Notes under the pieces: generated by a model
The model's input: only the letters and a program-made list of their open reading frames with translations
Told to the model about the DNA's origin: nothing
Databases searched by the model: none
Shown: piece after piece, positions 29,895-39,394 of the stretch
How the letters are laid out: the number at the start of each line of letters is the position of its first letter
How positions within the stretch are numbered: position 1 is the stretch's first letter
Made by a program: the position numbers and the translations under genes
Assembly: GCA_964252075.1 (NCBI GenBank)
Contig: CAXULY010000004.1
Span: forward strand, 64,001 to 128,000
Length of the DNA stretch: 64,000 nt
Source of the DNA: an uncultured Deinococcaceae bacterium
GTDB taxonomy: Bacteria; Deinococcota; Deinococci; Deinococcales; Deinococcaceae
Reading direction: 5' to 3'

Positions 29895-31670
29895 TTAGCG
29901 GTTCTCGCGGTCGCGCGGGACGAACTCGCGGTCCGCGTACTGCCGCGCGGGGCGGTCGGTGCTGCGGTTGTCGCGGTCGCCACCGAAGCGGCGCGAGCGG
30001 TCCCCGCCGCCCTGCGAGCGGTACCCGCCACGGTCGCCGCCAGAGCGGTCACCGTAGCTGCGGCCCCGGCTGCCGCCACTGCGGTCGCCGTAGCTGCGGC
30101 CACCACCACGACCCTCGCGGGTGGGCTCGTCGTACAGGTCCGGAAGTTCCTCGGCAACGCTCACGCGCACACCGCCGTCCAGCGGGCTGGCCTTCAGGAG
30201 GCCGTCCACGGCGTCCTGCGGGATGTCCAGCACGGCGCCGCCCGCGAACATGCGGACCTTGCCGAGGCGTCGGGTGTCCACGTCGGTGCTGCGCGCGACG
30301 AGCGCGACGGCGCGCGGCACACTCATGCGCTCGGCCTCCAGCGCGACCGTGACCATGCCTTCCTCACCGGAGAGCAGGCTGGCGGTCTGCACGGGGCGCA
30401 CCGCACCGGCGATCTTGGCGAGCGCGCGGGCGAGGCCCTCGGCGCCCATCTCGGCGAGCAGGCGCTCCGCTTCCGCCATGAAGGGCTGGGCGTACTCGGC
30501 GTCCACGTGCCGCACGAGGTCGGCACTGGCGCGCGCACTGGCCTCGCGCACTTCCTTGGGGGTAGGCAGGGGGCGCTCGGTGAAGTGCACACCGGTCTGG
30601 TGCTCCAGGCCGCGCATGTCGCGCGCGTCGCGCTCGCCGTACATCACGATGGCGGTGCCGGTGCGGCCCGCGCGGCCCGTGCGGCCGGAGCGGTGCACGT
30701 AGCTCTCGGGGTCCTGCGGGAGGTGGTACTGCACCACGAGGTCGATCTGCGGGATGTCCAGGCCGCGCGCCGCGACGTCCGTCGCGACGAGCACACCCAC
30801 CTGACCGGCGCGGAAGCGGCCCAGGGCGCGCTCGCGCTGGCTCTGCGCGAGGTCGCCGTGCAGGCCTTCCGCCTCGATGCCGCGGTGGATGAGTTCCATG
30901 GCGAGTTCGTCCGCTTCCTTCTTGGTGCGGGTGAACACGATGGCGCGCTCCGGGGCGTACACGGTCAGCAGGTCCGCGAGGACGCGGGTGCGGGTGCGGC
31001 CCACCTTCACCTTGAGGTGCTCGACGCTGGTGGCGGCCTGCATGCGGTCGTCGCCCACGAGGTCCACGACGACGGGCTCGCGCAGGTACTGGCGCATGAT
31101 GCGGTTCACGCCGTCCGGCAGGGTGGCGCTGAAGAGCATCGTCTGGCGCTCCTTGGGCGTCGAGGAGAGGATCTGCTCGATGGCGTCGGCGAAGCCCACG
31201 CTGAGCATCTCGTCGGCCTCGTCGAGCACCACGAACTGAATCTCGTCGAGCTTCAGGTTGCCGCGCTCGAGGTGGTCAATGACGCGGCCGGGCGTGCCGA
31301 CCACGACGTCCACGCCGCGGCGCAGGGCGCTCTCCTGGGGGCCGTAGCCGGCGCCGCCGTACACGGTGGTGACGGTGAGTTCCGGGCCGGACTTGGTGAA
31401 TTCCTCGGCGACCTGACGGGCGAGCTCGCGGGTGGGCGCCATGATGATGGCGCGGGGCGCGCGGCCGCGGTCGCGGCTGGGGGTCATGCGGGAGATGATG
31501 GGGAGCGCGAAGGCCAGGGTCTTGCCGGTCCCGGTGCGGGCGCGGCCCACCACGTCGCGGCCAGCCATGCCGTGCGGCAGCGCTTCCACCTGGATGGGAG
31601 AGGGTTCGGTGATGCCGCGCGCGGCGAGGCGCTCGGCCAGTTCGGTCGAGATGAGATCAGAAAACGTCAA
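29895..31670 (-). CDS. DEAD-box RNA helicase with RG-rich tail
   Basis: ARTGTGKT, PTRELA, DEAD, SAT and HRSGRTGRAG motifs; TTG start with GAAAGGA RBS. Confidence 0.95.
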   Translation of the reverse strand: MTFSDLISTELAERLAARGITEPSPIQVEALPHGMAGRDVVGRARTGTGKTLAFALPIISRMTPSRDRGRAPRAIIMAPTRELARQVAEEFTKSGPELTVTTVYGGAGYGPQESALRRGVDVVVGTPGRVIDHLERGNLKLDEIQFVVLDEADEMLSVGFADAIEQILSSTPKERQTMLFSATLPDGVNRIMRQYLREPVVVDLVGDDRMQAATSVEHLKVKVGRTRTRVLADLLTVYAPERAIVFTRTKKEADELAMELIHRGIEAEGLHGDLAQSQRERALGRFRAGQVGVLVATDVAARGLDIPQIDLVVQYHLPQDPESYVHRSGRTGRAGRTGTAIVMYGERDARDMRGLEHQTGVHFTERPLPTPKEVREASARASADLVRHVDAEYAQPFMAEAERLLAEMGAEGLARALAKIAGAVRPVQTASLLSGEEGMVTVALEAERMSVPRAVALVARSTDVDTRRLGKVRMFAGGAVLDIPQDAVDGLLKASPLDGGVRVSVAEELPDLYDEPTREGRGGGRSYGDRSGGSRGRSYGDRSGGDRGGYRSQGGGDRSRRFGGDRDNRSTDRPARQYADREFVPRDRENR

Positions 31671-31913
31671 GTGAATCCTTTCCGGGAAGGCGCAGCCCGG
31701 TCCGGCCTCAGTCTGTGCTGAGGATGATGTCCGGCAGTTCGCCCTCCGCCGATCCGGCATGTGACCGTCTCGGCGAGAAGAGCCCAGTGCGCGGCCTATT
31801 AAGCCACATCTTCTTGGCGCAATGCCAGCCCTCGGGCGGCGCGCAGCAAGCTCTAAGCGTAGAGTATACACGAAAAGGGGCAGCCCGGCTAGGGGCCGCC
31901 CGGGGTGGGAGCG

Positions 31914-32273
31914 TCAGGCCACCGGTTGGGCGGCGCAGTCGGCGGTCTCGTTCGCTTCGCTCAGGTGAAGCCTGGCCCAGCGGTCGATGGCGTCAATCAC
32001 GCCCTGGAGTTCCTGGCCTGCGGAGGTGAGGGCATAAATGGAGCGCGGCGGCATCACGGACACGACGGTCTTGGTGACCAGCCCCAGCCGCTCCAGATGG
32101 TCGAGGCGCTGGGCAAGGGTGGCGCTGTTGCAGCCGCCCACAGCCCGCGCGAGTTCGTTGAAGCCCTTCTCGCCGACCAGAAGCGAGCGCACGATGTGCA
32201 GCACCCACTTCTCCTGCAGTACACCGATGGCCTGGTAGACCGGGCAAAAACTGGTTCCAGTGCCTTCCTGCAT
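31914..32273 (-). CDS. HxlR-family winged-helix regulator
   Basis: [29 protein letters not shown] -10 box 6 nt before the ATG. Confidence 0.9.
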   Translation of the reverse strand: MQEGTGTSFCPVYQAIGVLQEKWVLHIVRSLLVGEKGFNELARAVGGCNSATLAQRLDHLERLGLVTKTVVSVMPPRSIYALTSAGQELQGVIDAIDRWARLHLSEANETADCAAQPVA

Positions 32274-32279
32274 ACACAA

Positions 32280-32354
32280 AGTATAAGGCAAGGCAGGCCA
32301 TCAACTGCAACAAGGCTTACACCGCTTGACAATTCAAAGCACTGTGACTATTCT
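32280..32354. promoter_or_regulatory. divergent leaderless promoters (HxlR regulator and nitroreductase)
   Basis: TTGACA (32326)-17 nt-TATTCT (32349)-6 nt-ATG on +; TATACT (32280-32285) on -. Confidence 0.75.
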
Positions 32355-32360
32355 ATTCAT

Positions 32361-32984
<624 letters not shown>

Positions 32985-33004
32985 ATTCAGTCACTTCCCC
33001 AGGA

Positions 33005-33036
33005 AGAGAGGGCGCCCGATCGCGGGCGCCCTCTCT
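33005..33036. terminator. hairpin between convergent genes
   Basis: AGAGAGGGCGCCCG-ATCG-CGGGCGCCCTCTCT. Confidence 0.7.
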
Positions 33037-33038
33037 CC

Positions 33039-33857
33039 TTATGGCTGGCGCCGACCCCTGAAGATCAGCACCAGCACGAACACCACCGTGTTCACCAGGA
33101 TGATCAACGCGCCCGGCGCGAGGTTCAGGTAGTACGAGGCGTACAGGCCCACCGCGCCCGTCACCGCGCCCAGGCAGGCCGCGACCAGCATCATGGCCTT
33201 CAGGCTGTGCGTGAGGAGCCGCGCCGTGGCGGACGCCGTGATGAGCAGGCTCACCGAGAGGGTGGTGCCGACCAGCTGAATGGTCAGCACCACCACCAGC
33301 GCCACCAGCACCAGCAGGAGGTTGTTCAGGCGCCCCACCGGCAGGCCCACCGCGCGCGCCTCCGTCGGGTCGAAGCTCACCAGCAGCAGTTCCTTCTGGA
33401 AGGCCGCCAGCACGAACGCGATGAGGGCCGTGACGCCCAGGGACGACCATAGGTCCGTGCTCGTGACGCCTAAAGGGTTCCCCACCAGGAACTCCTGCAG
33501 GTTCACGGCGTAGGTGCGCGTCTGCGAGAGGAGCGCCACGCCCAGCGCGAACATCCCCACGAACACGATGCCGATGGCGCTGTCCTGCTTGAGGCCGCTG
33601 CGCTGCGCCACGAAGCCGATCCCCAGGGACGTGAGGAGCGCCGCGACGATGGCGCCCGCCAGCAGGTTCAGCTTCAGCAGGAAGGCCGCCACGATGCCCG
33701 GGAAGACCGCGTGACTCATGGCGTCCCCGATGTACGACAGGCCGCGCAGCACCACGTACACGCCGATCACGGCGCACATCACGGACACCAGCGCCACGCC
33801 GAGCAGCGCCCGCACGAAGAAGCTGTACTGCAGGGGGTCGGTCAGCCAGTGCATCAT
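33039..33857 (-). CDS. Mn/Zn ABC transporter permease
   Basis: [16 protein letters not shown] and [10 protein letters not shown] motifs. Confidence 0.92.
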   Translation of the reverse strand: MMHWLTDPLQYSFFVRALLGVALVSVMCAVIGVYVVLRGLSYIGDAMSHAVFPGIVAAFLLKLNLLAGAIVAALLTSLGIGFVAQRSGLKQDSAIGIVFVGMFALGVALLSQTRTYAVNLQEFLVGNPLGVTSTDLWSSLGVTALIAFVLAAFQKELLLVSFDPTEARAVGLPVGRLNNLLLVLVALVVVLTIQLVGTTLSVSLLITASATARLLTHSLKAMMLVAACLGAVTGAVGLYASYYLNLAPGALIILVNTVVFVLVLIFRGRRQP

Positions 33858-34606
33858 GCGCCCCGCTGCGGCGCGCCCAGGTGCGAGCTGGAGAAGGTCG
33901 CCTCGATGTTCGCGGGCGTGTACACGTCCCCGGGCGCGCCCTGCGCCACCACGGAGCGGTTCACCAGCACGAGGCGGTCGCACCACACGCGGGCGGCCTC
34001 CAGGTCGTGCGTGACCATCAGCACGCCGCGCCCGGCGCGCGCCTGGGCGCGCAGGAGCGCCATGACGCGCTCGCCGGTGGTGGCGTCCACACCCGTGAGG
34101 GGTTCGTCGAGCAGCAGGATCTGCGCCTCTCGCGCCAGCATGCGCGCCAGCAGCACGCGCTGCTTCTGCCCGCCGGAGAGGTCCGCGATGGGGCGCCGCG
34201 CGAGGTCCAGGGTGCCCGTCTGCTCCAGCGCCGCGCGCACGATGTCGCGGTCTCGGCGGCCCGGCAGGCGCAGCCACCCCACGCGTGCCGTGCGGCCCAT
34301 CATGGCGACGTCCCAGGCGGTCACGGGGAAATGCCAGTCGAGGCTCTGCTGCTGCGGCACGTACGCGATGGCGTCGCGCGGGCGCGCGGCGAGGTCCGGG
34401 CGGAAGCAGACCACCCCGCTGGTGGGCGGCACGAGGCCCAGCACGGTCTTGAGGAGGGTGCTCTTGCCCGCGCCGTTCGGCCCGATCACCGCCACGAACT
34501 CGCCCTGGTCAAGGGACACGCTGGCCGCCGAGAGCGCCTCCTGCGCGCCGTACCGCACGCTGAGGTGTTCGGTGTGGAAGAGCGGGTGGCGGTCGTGGTG
34601 GCCCAT
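33854..34606 (-). CDS. Mn/Zn ABC transporter ATP-binding protein
   Basis: [20 protein letters not shown] and LLDEP motifs. Confidence 0.92.
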   Translation of the reverse strand: MGHHDRHPLFHTEHLSVRYGAQEALSAASVSLDQGEFVAVIGPNGAGKSTLLKTVLGLVPPTSGVVCFRPDLAARPRDAIAYVPQQQSLDWHFPVTAWDVAMMGRTARVGWLRLPGRRDRDIVRAALEQTGTLDLARRPIADLSGGQKQRVLLARMLAREAQILLLDEPLTGVDATTGERVMALLRAQARAGRGVLMVTHDLEAARVWCDRLVLVNRSVVAQGAPGDVYTPANIEATFSSSHLGAPQRGA

Positions 34607-34665
34607 GGTGGGTGAGGGCGCGGCGCCCCCACGGTCCACGATTCTAGCCTGAGCGACCCCCACCC

Positions 34666-35544
34666 CTACCTCAGCGCCTTCACGATGGTCCGCACGTTGT
34701 ACGCGAGGGCCTTCAGGTAGGTGTCGCCCGCGCTGCCCTTCGGGCCGAGCGCGTCGGTGACCAGGGGCGGCGCGACCCGCACACCCGTCTCGTCGCTCAC
34801 GGTGGCGGCCAGCTTGTTGTTGATGACGTTCTCCGTGAAGATGGCGCGCACCCGCTGCGCGCGGATTGCCTGGATGAGGCGCACGGTGTCCTGCGCGCTG
34901 GGTTCCTGCTCGGTGCCGAGGCTGGGAATCACCTCGCCCACGATGGTGAAGCCGTAGTGCCGCGCGAAGTACCCCAGCGCGTCGTGGTTGGTGACGAGCT
35001 TGCGGTTCGCGGCGGGCAGGGTGGCGATCAGCTTCTTCGCGGCAGCGTCGGCGGCGCGCACCTGATTCCCGTAGCGCGCGGCGTTGCTGGCGTAGACCGC
35101 TTTGCCCGCCGGGTCCACCTGCGCGAGCGTGTCGCGGATGGTGTTCACGTAGGCGATCACGTGCTCGGGGTTCCACCAAAGGTGCGGGTCGGTGATGGTC
35201 TGGCCGTCCTCCACGAAGCTCTGCTTCTTCAGGCCGTCGGAGAGCGCGACGATCCGCGCGCCCTGCGCGCTGGGGCGCAATTTGGTGAACCAGCTTTCCA
35301 GGCCCGCGCCGTTCTCGAAGATGAGCCGCGCGCGCGCGACGGTGCGGATGTCGCCGGTGGAGGGCTCGTAGGTGTGGGTGTCCCCGCCGGGCGGCACGAG
35401 GTTCAGGAGCGTCACGCGGGCGCCGCCGACGTTCTGCACGAGGTCCGCGAGGATGGAGAAGGTGGTGACGACGGGCACGGGTGCGGCGAGCGCGCCGCCC
35501 GTGAGGAGGGCCGTCAGGGGGAGCAGCAGTCGGGACGCACGCAT
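34666..35544 (-). CDS. Mn/Zn ABC transporter substrate-binding protein
   Basis: DTHTYEP, DPHLWW, HDALGYF, FTE and TDALG motifs; signal peptide. Confidence 0.93.
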   Translation of the reverse strand: MRASRLLLPLTALLTGGALAAPVPVVTTFSILADLVQNVGGARVTLLNLVPPGGDTHTYEPSTGDIRTVARARLIFENGAGLESWFTKLRPSAQGARIVALSDGLKKQSFVEDGQTITDPHLWWNPEHVIAYVNTIRDTLAQVDPAGKAVYASNAARYGNQVRAADAAAKKLIATLPAANRKLVTNHDALGYFARHYGFTIVGEVIPSLGTEQEPSAQDTVRLIQAIRAQRVRAIFTENVINNKLAATVSDETGVRVAPPLVTDALGPKGSAGDTYLKALAYNVRTIVKALR

Positions 35545-35634
35545 GCGCTAAACGATAATGCGTTCTCAGTTTCAAAATCAAGGGGCCAAAGAACGGGGTG
35601 GAACGCACGCGCCCCACCCCGACCGGGCCTCAGG

Positions 35635-37002
35635 TCAGATCTTCACGCCCGCCTGGTCCAGCTCCGCGCGCTGCTCGTCGAAGCCCGCGCGGCCCATCAG
35701 GGCGTAGGTCAGCACCTTGCCCAACTCCACGCCCGGCTGGTCGAAGGCGTTGATGTCCAGCAGCTCACCCACCACCGCCGTCTGCAGCATCAGGAACTGC
35801 AAGACGTAGCCCAGCTGCTCCGCGTCGATGCGGTCCAGACTGAGGGTGAAGTTCGGCTGACCCGCCTGCACCAGCGCGTAGCCCGTCGCAGCCTGCTCGG
35901 CGTTCATCAGGGTCTGGTAGGGCTTGTCGCCCATGTACGTCATCTCGGGCTCGTTCGGCTCGGCGTTCGGGATGAGCGTTCCGCGCGCGTCGCTGTTCAC
36001 CTTCACGAAGGCCACGATCTTGTCGTGCGGCCCCTCGCGGTACAGCTGCACCTGCGAGTGCTGGTCGGTGGTGCCCACCGCCTTCACGGGCGTGGTGCCG
36101 GTGTGCGCGGTCGTGCCGTCCTTCAGGCGGTTCTTACCGAGGGACTCCGCCCACAGTTGCGCGAACCAGTCACTCAGGTAGCGCAGGCGCGTCGAGTACG
36201 GCATGAACACCAGGATGTTGCGCCCCCGCGACCCGAACTCATGTGTGACGAGCGCCGCCTGCAGGATCTCGTTCTCGGCGGCGGGCTTGCGGAAGTCCTC
36301 CAGCGCGCGGCGCGCGCCCGCCAGCAGCGCCTCCACATCCACGCCACCCAGCGCGGCGGGCAGCAGGCCCACCGCGGACAGCACGCTGAAGCGCCCACCC
36401 ACCGAGGGCGGCACGGGCAGCGTCGCGTAGCCCTCGCGCTCCGCGAGGGGCCGCAGGATGCCCTTCTGCGGGTCCGTCGTGGCGATGATGTGCGTCTTGT
36501 ACCCGTCACCCAGCGCGTCCTGCAGCCACGCCTTGCAGCTCAGGTACGCCGCCATGGTCTCGGTGGTGGTGCCGCTCTTGGAGATCACGTTCACCAGCGT
36601 GCGCGCGGGGTCCATCACCTCCAGCAGCCCCCCGATCACGTCGCCGTCCACGTTGTCCACGAAGTGCACGCGCAGGGCGGGGCGCTCGCGCAGCAGGTTG
36701 TGGTACGGGTGCTGCAGGGCCGTCACGACCGTCAGGCCGCCCAAGCTGCTGCCGCCGATGCCCAGCACGATCAGGTCGTCGTAGCCGTCCCGCAGGCGCC
36801 CCGCGAGCGACAGCACCTCGGGCAGCACCTCGCCCGCAGGCAGGTCCATCCAGCCGAGCCAGGGGTCGCCGCCCTTCGCCTGACGCGCCAGCAGGCTGTC
36901 GCGCGCGGTCTCCAGGCGCCCCGTCCGCTCCGAGAGCAGCGCGTCCCAGTCGAGTCCCGCGTCACCCAGGGCCGCCGCCTTGACGTTCGTGAGGTCTAAC
37001 AT
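35635..37002 (-). CDS. pgi: glucose-6-phosphate isomerase
   Basis: GIGGSSLG, SKSGTTTET, GGRFSV, QLWAESLGK, DQHS and FDQPGVELGK motifs. Confidence 0.96.
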   Translation of the reverse strand: MLDLTNVKAAALGDAGLDWDALLSERTGRLETARDSLLARQAKGGDPWLGWMDLPAGEVLPEVLSLAGRLRDGYDDLIVLGIGGSSLGGLTVVTALQHPYHNLLRERPALRVHFVDNVDGDVIGGLLEVMDPARTLVNVISKSGTTTETMAAYLSCKAWLQDALGDGYKTHIIATTDPQKGILRPLAEREGYATLPVPPSVGGRFSVLSAVGLLPAALGGVDVEALLAGARRALEDFRKPAAENEILQAALVTHEFGSRGRNILVFMPYSTRLRYLSDWFAQLWAESLGKNRLKDGTTAHTGTTPVKAVGTTDQHSQVQLYREGPHDKIVAFVKVNSDARGTLIPNAEPNEPEMTYMGDKPYQTLMNAEQAATGYALVQAGQPNFTLSLDRIDAEQLGYVLQFLMLQTAVVGELLDINAFDQPGVELGKVLTYALMGRAGFDEQRAELDQAGVKI

Positions 37003-37113
37003 GCCCACCAGTCTAAGACGCCGTGCGTCAGGCGCCCGCCACGCGCGCGGGCATGAACGAAACATTCATGCGCACTCGCCGTTCAGCGCCGGGCGTTTGC
37101 CACAATGACCCTC

Positions 37114-37557
37114 ATGAAGCCCTTCTCCATGAAACGCGTCCTGCAGCAGAGCCTGCTGGCCCTCACGGTCGCTGCGGCAGGCACGGCCGCCGCCGCGCCC
37201 TTCTCCCTGAACCTCGGCGGTTCGCTCGGTGGCGGCGCGGGCCTGCACTTCGGCCTGACCGACCAGAACCTCTTCACGCTCGGGGCCATCCCCATTGACG
37301 GGCGCATCTCGGCCGACGCCAACCGCTACGGCGTGCTGGTGAACGCCGACGCCCTCGCGGTGTACGACGCGGGCAGCTTCACTCTGTACGGCGGTCCCGG
37401 CATCACGCTGGGCGGCGGCAACGGCCTGGGACTGGCCCTCACGGGCGGCCTGAACTACCCGCTCACGGACCAGTTCGGCCTGTACGCCGAGGCCGCCGTG
37501 CGCCTGCTGAACACCGCGCCCAGCGTGCTGCGCGTGGGCGTCACCTACGACTTCTGA
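37114..37557 (+). CDS. small outer-membrane beta-barrel-like protein
   Basis: Signal peptide, alternating amphipathic strands, C-terminal VTYDF; start could also be 37105 or 37129. Confidence 0.7.
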   Translation: MKPFSMKRVLQQSLLALTVAAAGTAAAAPFSLNLGGSLGGGAGLHFGLTDQNLFTLGAIPIDGRISADANRYGVLVNADALAVYDAGSFTLYGGPGITLGGGNGLGLALTGGLNYPLTDQFGLYAEAAVRLLNTAPSVLRVGVTYDF

Positions 37558-37569
37558 CCGACCCATCCG

Positions 37570-37601
37570 GCTGGGGTGAGGGGCGCGCCCCTCACCCCAG
37601 C
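37570..37601. terminator. hairpin between convergent genes
   Basis: GCTGGGGTGAGGGGC-GC-GCCCCTCACCCCAGC. Confidence 0.6.
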
Positions 37602-39283
37602 GCTTTCACCTCGGCCTGCAGGCGCTCCAGCTCCGCGCGCAGTTGCGTGGCGCGCGTGACGGCGGCCTCCAGGCGGGCCTGCTCGGTCTCCGTGAAGCGC
37701 GTGTAGGGGCGGATGGCGTCGCCCAGGCGGGCGTCGGCGCGCTCCTGCTCGCGGTCGTACTCGCGCCGCACGATGGCCTCCAGGGATTCGCGCATGGCGT
37801 CCACCCGCTGCCGCAGCTGCCGCAGCGCGGAGAGGCGCTTGCCGGGCAGCACGATCAGGCCCAGGCTGCCCACCGCGATGCCCGCCAACACGCCCGTGAA
37901 GTCCGCCAGCGCACCTGTCACGAGCGCCACCGTGAGCGCCCCGATCCCCAGCCCGCCCGCCAATGAGCCGATCACGCCCTTCATGGCGCTCTCCGCGTCC
38001 AGCGCGAGCTGCCGCGTGAGTTCACGCTCCGTGACTTCCGTGAGGTGCGCCTGCGCGCTCCCCGCGATGCCCGTGAGCAGCGCCTGGCGGTCGTAGGAGA
38101 AGCGCGTGCGCGCCACCTCCTCGCGCGGCGCGCGGCGCACGAGGCCCTGCTGCACGTCCTCCCAGAAGCGCAGGTTCGCCTCCACGAAGCGGTCAATCAT
38201 GGTGGAGAACTGCGCCTCGATGGCCTGCGGCAGGTCCGCGACGGCCTCCCGGCGGAAGGCCTCCTCCAGCTTGCGTCCGTTCAGGAGTTCCCGGAAGTTC
38301 GTGAGGCGCAGGCGCGTGTCGATGAACTTCTCGGCGCGCACCTCGAACTCGGAGAGCAGGCGCCCCACGCGGTTCAGCTGGCCGTCCAGCTCGCCACGCA
38401 TGGTCTCGCGGTGGTGGGCGCGCTCGCCCTCCAGTTCGCGCAGCACCACGAGGTCCTGCGCGAGCGTCTCGCGCGCGCCGCGCACGCGCGCCTCCTCACC
38501 CGCCAGGATCTCCGCGGAGGTCGAGAGGGGGCTCTGCAGCTTCAGGCGCGTGCGTTCCCGCTCGGAGAGGCGCTGCGACAGCACCGCCCGCAGGGCCATG
38601 AAGCCCGGGTCGCCGCCGCGCTGCTCGCCGCGCGCGCTCACCAGCAGCACCGGGGGCGTGAGGCCCAGCACGCCGCGCGCGCCCGCCTCCACGAAGGCGC
38701 GCACCTCGCGGCGCGCCTCCTCGGTCTCCAGCAGGTCACTTTTGTTTACTACCACGATCACGCTGCGCCCCCAGCGCTGCGCGAGCAGCAGGAACTGCCG
38801 TTCGCTCTCCGTGAAGGGGCGGTCCGCGCTCGTGAGGAACAGCAGCAGGTCCGCGCGCGGCAGGAAGCCCTCGGTGAGCGTCTGGTGCTGCCGGATGATG
38901 GCGTTCGTGCCGGGCGTGTCCACCAGCGCCACCCCGGAGAGCGCCGGGATGGGCACGCGCAGGCGCAGCACGAAGGGGTCGGGGGTCGCTTCGGGCTCGC
39001 CGCGCGTCTCGCCGTGCGTGAGGACGTAGATGCGGTCCGTGGTGGGTGTCACGCCCTCCGGCAGCACGTGGTCCCCCAGCAGGGCGTTCACGAAGCTGGA
39101 TTTGCCCGCGTTGAACTCCCCCACCACCACCAGCAGGAAGCTCTCGTCAAGGCTGGCGAGGGCCGTGCGCGCGTGCTGCACGGCCTCGGCGGGCGCGCCC
39201 TGCGCCTCCAGGAAGGCCGCGAGGTCCGCGAGCAGCAGGCGCTCGCGCGTGAGGAGCCCCTGCACGGTGTCGGAGACGAGCAT
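37592..39283 (-). CDS. bacterial dynamin-like GTPase
   Basis: GEFNAGKSS, PTT, DTPG and NKSD motifs; helical stalk and hydrophobic paddle near the C-terminus. Confidence 0.88.
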   Translation of the reverse strand: MLVSDTVQGLLTRERLLLADLAAFLEAQGAPAEAVQHARTALASLDESFLLVVVGEFNAGKSSFVNALLGDHVLPEGVTPTTDRIYVLTHGETRGEPEATPDPFVLRLRVPIPALSGVALVDTPGTNAIIRQHQTLTEGFLPRADLLLFLTSADRPFTESERQFLLLAQRWGRSVIVVVNKSDLLETEEARREVRAFVEAGARGVLGLTPPVLLVSARGEQRGGDPGFMALRAVLSQRLSERERTRLKLQSPLSTSAEILAGEEARVRGARETLAQDLVVLRELEGERAHHRETMRGELDGQLNRVGRLLSEFEVRAEKFIDTRLRLTNFRELLNGRKLEEAFRREAVADLPQAIEAQFSTMIDRFVEANLRFWEDVQQGLVRRAPREEVARTRFSYDRQALLTGIAGSAQAHLTEVTERELTRQLALDAESAMKGVIGSLAGGLGIGALTVALVTGALADFTGVLAGIAVGSLGLIVLPGKRLSALRQLRQRVDAMRESLEAIVRREYDREQERADARLGDAIRPYTRFTETEQARLEAAVTRATQLRAELERLQAEVKALG

Positions 39284-39394
39284 GCGCTCAGGGTAGCGCG
39301 GCGGGCGGGGGCCGCCTGTGGAAGGACATGCATTGTGCGGCAGACGCGGGCGGGCCGGACGGTTCTTGCCGTCCGGCCCGCAGGGGTCACATCC

